Assembly (NCBI GenBank): GCA_964022095.1
Contig: CAXHZO010000002.1
Coordinates: forward strand, 313,819 to 377,818
Direction of reading: 5' to 3'
DNA from: an uncultured Arcobacteraceae bacterium
GTDB taxonomy: Bacteria > Campylobacterota > Campylobacteria > Campylobacterales > Arcobacteraceae
DNA: 64,000 nt
Of the stretch, positions 60,523 through 64,000 are shown one piece after another. The notes below the pieces were generated by a model. The model had not been told where the DNA came from. It did not search any database and saw only the letters and a program-made list of their open reading frames with translations. Every line of letters starts with the position of its first letter. Position 1 is the first letter of the stretch. A program made the translations under genes and the position numbers.

Positions 60523-61755
60523 TTAATCACATAAATTTAAATACTTACATGAATCAAATTGCTGTATTAAAAGAGTTTTAACCTCTTTCATAGATCCTAA
60601 ATAATCATAATCAATAAGTTCTAATACTATTGTAGTTGTAGTCATTGTATTATCAATATTTTCATTACTAAAAAAACTACCTAATAAAGGAATATCACTT
60701 AAATAAGGAACTTTATCAAATGATGAAATTTTTGAATGATTATTAATACCACTTAAAACAAACATTTTATTTTTTTTAGTTAATGTAATATTTTGATTTA
60801 ATTGAACTTTTGAAGTTACTGGTAAATTATCAGAATTGCTAAGTAATTGAGAATTTGTAAAATTTAAATCAAGATTTACTAAATTATTTAATATTTTAGG
60901 GTTAATTGATAAACTTAATCCTATATCTTTATATTCGTAACTATTAACCTCTTTAGTAGTAGTATTTTCAACGTAATTACTTGTAATCAGATATGGTACT
61001 TCTTGTGAAGAATTTAAAGTATATTTTTTGTTATGTTCAAGATTAATTATTGTGCTACTAATATTTTTACTAAAAGAGTTTGAATTCAAAAAAGTTAAAA
61101 CAGACTTTAAATTATCACTATCATTTTTATTAGTAATATTAATTGCAGAACCTAAAAAAATATCAAAAATAGATTTTTGAGCACCACTTAGATTAAAATT
61201 AATTAATCCTTCATTTTTTTTGACTTTTCCTAAATCAGTTTGAAAAACAGTTAATTTTAATTTAACTCTATAAGGCAATCTATCAAGGTTTTTAATATGT
61301 TCTTTCATATCTAAATATTTACTATAAGTACTTAAAATGGCCAGTTTATTAGTTTCTTTTAAATAAGTAAAATTAACATCATATAATTTACAAATTGACT
61401 CAATATCAACATAATTTAAAAAATTTAAACTTATGTATCTAACTTTTTTTTCCTCTTTATCTTCTATATCATCTTCAATACTTTTAGTGATAAAATAAGT
61501 ACCATTTATTTTAGAAATATCATAGTTATTATTATCAAGAACTTGTTTTAAAAAATTAAAATTGTTTTGATTAGGTTTATAATAAACAGTAATATTTTTT
61601 AATAAATCATCTTGTATTACAAATGTGTAATTTAAACTAGATAAAACCTCAATACTAAAGTTTTTTAAATCAGTTTCTAAATACTGATTAAAGTTATTTT
61701 GATTCGCTTTTGAATAAGTCAATATCAAAAGGATTATTAACACCAGTTTTTTCAT
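60523..61755 (-). CDS. Secretin (phage pIV / GspD-like)
   Basis: Signal peptide; YKDIGLSLSINP, KVPYLSDIPLLGSFF. Confidence 0.9.
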   Translation of the reverse strand: MKKLVLIILLILTYSKANQNNFNQYLETDLKNFSIEVLSSLNYTFVIQDDLLKNITVYYKPNQNNFNFLKQVLDNNNYDISKINGTYFITKSIEDDIEDKEEKKVRYISLNFLNYVDIESICKLYDVNFTYLKETNKLAILSTYSKYLDMKEHIKNLDRLPYRVKLKLTVFQTDLGKVKKNEGLINFNLSGAQKSIFDIFLGSAINITNKNDSDNLKSVLTFLNSNSFSKNISSTIINLEHNKKYTLNSSQEVPYLITSNYVENTTTKEVNSYEYKDIGLSLSINPKILNNLVNLDLNFTNSQLLSNSDNLPVTSKVQLNQNITLTKKNKMFVLSGINNHSKISSFDKVPYLSDIPLLGSFFSNENIDNTMTTTTIVLELIDYDYLGSMKEVKTLLIQQFDSCKYLNLCD

Positions 61756-62752
61756 TTTCCGTACTCCTTATTTTTAATTGAAATAAATTAAATTTATCTT
61801 TAGTAATAAAAAAATATTTGTTTCCTAAAGTAGATATAATTTGAGTTTCATATTTATTATTTAAAATATGTAAAATAAATGATTTTTCATAAATATTATT
61901 ATTTATAAAACATAAAGAAGAATTACAAAACATTTGAAAGTAATCACCATCTAAATTATTATTTTTTAAAACTTTATTAGTTTTAATAACTGGAACTTGT
62001 TTCATATTTTGTATTGGTTTCTCAACAGTAGAAGTTTTAGAAGATATAAATAAATAACCACCTAATAAAACAAGTGATAAAAAAGCAAGTGAAATAAATA
62101 AAAAGTGAAGGACTAAAGATTTTTGTTTTTGATTAGCACCTGAAACATAATAAGTAAATAATTCTTTTATTATAGGTAATTTTTTTGTTGAGCCTTTTTG
62201 AGTATTAAACATTTGATAACCAGTAAATTGCTGATATACCATAGATGTATTAAATATTTTTTTTGAAGAAGGTAATGACTTATAAAAAAACTCAGTAAAT
62301 GACTTATATTTTTTATGAACTAATGGAATTTCATGTGTGATTAATATAATATCCTGATTAAAGTGTCTATGATATGAAAGCCACCATACTAATACTTCAT
62401 CATCTTTATTTAAATAGTTTTGACATTCATCTAAAACAATTAAAACATTAAAAAATATATCTTCTTTACATTCTTCAATTAATTGTGTATCTGTATATCC
62501 TAGTTTATAATAACCATGTAATCTTTTTAAAACTTGATAAAAATCATTAAAAACGAAACTATGAACATTATGAAATTTATCTAACTTTATTTCATTTAAA
62601 TTAGTTAAACATGCAGTATATTTTGTTTGGTCTAATGCGAATTTTTTAAATTTACTATCATCTTTTAATAATTTTGAAAAATGAATAGAAATATTAAATA
62701 TCCCATAATAAGATTTCCCAGCGCCAGGAATGCCCGTACAAAACTGAACCAT
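61694..62752 (-). CDS. Zot-like / pI morphogenesis ATPase
   Basis: Walker A GIPGAGKS, Walker B LIVLDECQ, YHRH...DIILIT, single TM after the ATPase domain. Confidence 0.92.
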   Translation of the reverse strand: MVQFCTGIPGAGKSYYGIFNISIHFSKLLKDDSKFKKFALDQTKYTACLTNLNEIKLDKFHNVHSFVFNDFYQVLKRLHGYYKLGYTDTQLIEECKEDIFFNVLIVLDECQNYLNKDDEVLVWWLSYHRHFNQDIILITHEIPLVHKKYKSFTEFFYKSLPSSKKIFNTSMVYQQFTGYQMFNTQKGSTKKLPIIKELFTYYVSGANQKQKSLVLHFLFISLAFLSLVLLGGYLFISSKTSTVEKPIQNMKQVPVIKTNKVLKNNNLDGDYFQMFCNSSLCFINNNIYEKSFILHILNNKYETQIISTLGNKYFFITKDKFNLFQLKIRSTENEKTGVNNPFDIDLFKSESK

Positions 62753-62756
62753 TATA

Positions 62757-63179
62757 TTACTTTAAAAGAGTATTTGCATACTGTGTAATTGATGAAGTTA
62801 TAAAACCATGAACCTTATAAACAATCATAAACAAATGAAAATTAAAATATGCAAATATAACTATAAAAATTGATGGAGCGATAGTATTCCAAGCGTCAAT
62901 AAAACCAATAGCATTTAATAAAGAACTAGAAATAACCGACAAACATTCACTAGAACCAGTACCACCACTAAAAGAACCATCTGCAAAAGAAGTGATTTTG
63001 TCAATAATAGATTTAACAGAAAAATAAATAGTAGTAATAACGTTAATTAAAAGAAAAAAGATTGAAGTTATTAAAGTAAATTGTAAAACTCTAGCAGCAG
63101 CATACAACCACGAAAGAGCAACAGAAACTCCAAATTTTTTTACTAAATAAGAACCAATACCAGCAATAATTGAATACAT
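62757..63179 (-). CDS. pVI-like hydrophobic minor coat protein
   Basis: Small multi-TM ORF between the pIII-like and pI genes (positional inference). Confidence 0.6.
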   Translation of the reverse strand: MYSIIAGIGSYLVKKFGVSVALSWLYAAARVLQFTLITSIFFLLINVITTIYFSVKSIIDKITSFADGSFSGGTGSSECLSVISSSLLNAIGFIDAWNTIAPSIFIVIFAYFNFHLFMIVYKVHGFITSSITQYANTLLK

Positions 63180-63181
63180 TT

Positions 63182-64000
63182 CTACTCCCTTAAACCATGT
63201 AATGAAGAAACTATTGATAAACCAATCTTAACAACAAATGCTAACATCGAAATTTGAAAAAGAATTGTTAAAAATGGCTTTAAAATCGAAATTGGTGTAA
63301 TAAAATCTAAAACAATTTCACTAGAACCAAATACTTCAACCGTTAAACATTCTTGTAAATTTGTATTATTTGATGTTATAGAATTAAATTCTAAACCATT
63401 TTGTATAGTACTTCTTAATTCTTCAACTTGTGTAGTAATTTGAGTAGCTGAATTTTTCATCTCAGTAACAAATGAAGTAAAATCATTTGAAGAGTCTTCT
63501 AAAGAATTTCTTTCATTATAAGTTGTATCAGTACCATCATCACTAAATATATTTACTAATTCAGATATTTTTGAATAGATATTTCCTAAAAAAGTATTAG
63601 AAGTATTAATACCGTTATCAATATCATCTAATTTATTTTCAACGTTTGTTAAATCGGTTGTATCTTTTGGGGTATCAGTTGTATCATCATCATTATTAAT
63701 TGGTTCACTTGAACAAGTACCATCTAAATTAGTGTAGTAACCTACAGTTTCACAATTACGGTCACAATGACAAAAAATAGAACCATCTAAATTCTCAATA
63801 CATTGAGTAGGTGCACCATCTTCACAAGTAAAAGAAGAACCAGTGTCGCCACCATCAGGATTATCAGAACCATCATCGCCACCAGTTGAACCACCTGAAC
63901 CAGTATCGCCACCAACTGAACCACCTGAACCAGTATCGCCACCATCTGAACCACCTGAACCAGTATCGCCACCATCTGAACCACCTGAACCAGTATCGCC
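63182..64000 (-). CDS. pIII-like adsorption protein, C-terminal part (5' end outside the window)
   Basis: Frame is open from 64000: (GDTGSGGSDG)n linker, 6-Cys module, acidic/helical region, C-terminal TM. The ORF track shows only the last 92 aa. Confidence 0.8.
   Translation of the reverse strand, partial: GDTGSGGSDGGDTGSGGSDGGDTGSGGSVGGDTGSGGSTGGDDGSDNPDGGDTGSSFTCEDGAPTQCIENLDGSIFCHCDRNCETVGYYTNLDGTCSSEPINNDDDTTDTPKDTTDLTNVENKLDDIDNGINTSNTFLGNIYSKISELVNIFSDDGTDTTYNERNSLEDSSNDFTSFVTEMKNSATQITTQVEELRSTIQNGLEFNSITSNNTNLQECLTVEVFGSSEIVLDFITPISILKPFLTILFQISMLAFVVKIGLSIVSSLHGLRE
63841..64000. repeat. 30-bp tandem repeat encoding a Gly/Ser/Asp linker
   Basis: CAGTATCGCCACCA(A/T)CTGAACCACCTGAAC three times at 63901-63990 plus a partial copy and two degenerate copies at 63841-63900. 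Confidence 0.95.

Larger units (their letters stand above)
57126..64000 (-). mobile_element. Integrated filamentous (inovirus-like) prophage with its own tyrosine integrase; right end is outside the window
   Basis: Co-oriented pIII-like, pVI-like, Zot/pI, secretin/pIV, hairpin intergenic region, HUH Rep, Xis-like and integrase genes. Confidence 0.9.

Noticed and set aside
60523-61755. Secretin as part of a type II secretion or pilus system
   Set aside because: No other T2SS/T4P genes are present, and its position after pI matches phage pIV.
61694-62752. Zot as an enterotoxin
   Set aside because: The sequence supports only the phage assembly ATPase; toxin activity cannot be inferred.
63787-63984. 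65-aa ORF 'MVQMVAILVQ...'
   Set aside because: It is an alternative frame of the tandem repeat inside the pIII-like gene.
63841-64000. 30-bp repeats as a CRISPR array
   Set aside because: The units are contiguous with no unique spacers, are a multiple of 3 and encode a Gly-rich linker; no cas genes are present.

Overview
This is a very AT-rich chromosomal segment whose gene content and order (UPF0323 lipoprotein plus GSP synthase, nadE-degT-lpxK, tatBC-queA, S4-trpD-tsaE-lptB, several GGDEF/EAL proteins) point to Campylobacterota, most likely Arcobacteraceae (inference). About 57 kb is housekeeping and sensory genes. Embedded in it are an eroding TonB-receptor/polyferredoxin locus, a CZB chemoreceptor with an in-frame stop, a degenerate PhoD-like gene, a four-gene operon ending in ovothiol synthase ovoA, and two candidate small RNAs with anti-Shine-Dalgarno-like loops. 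From ~57.1 kb to the end of the window lies an integrated filamentous (inovirus-like) prophage on the minus strand. In transcription order it carries a pIII-like protein with Gly-rich repeats, a pVI-like protein, a Zot/pI ATPase, a pIV secretin, a hairpin-rich origin-like intergenic region, an HUH rolling-circle Rep, small ORFs, a Xis-like protein and its own tyrosine integrase. No rRNA, tRNA or CRISPR array was recognised. All calls come from reading motifs by eye; no database searches were run.
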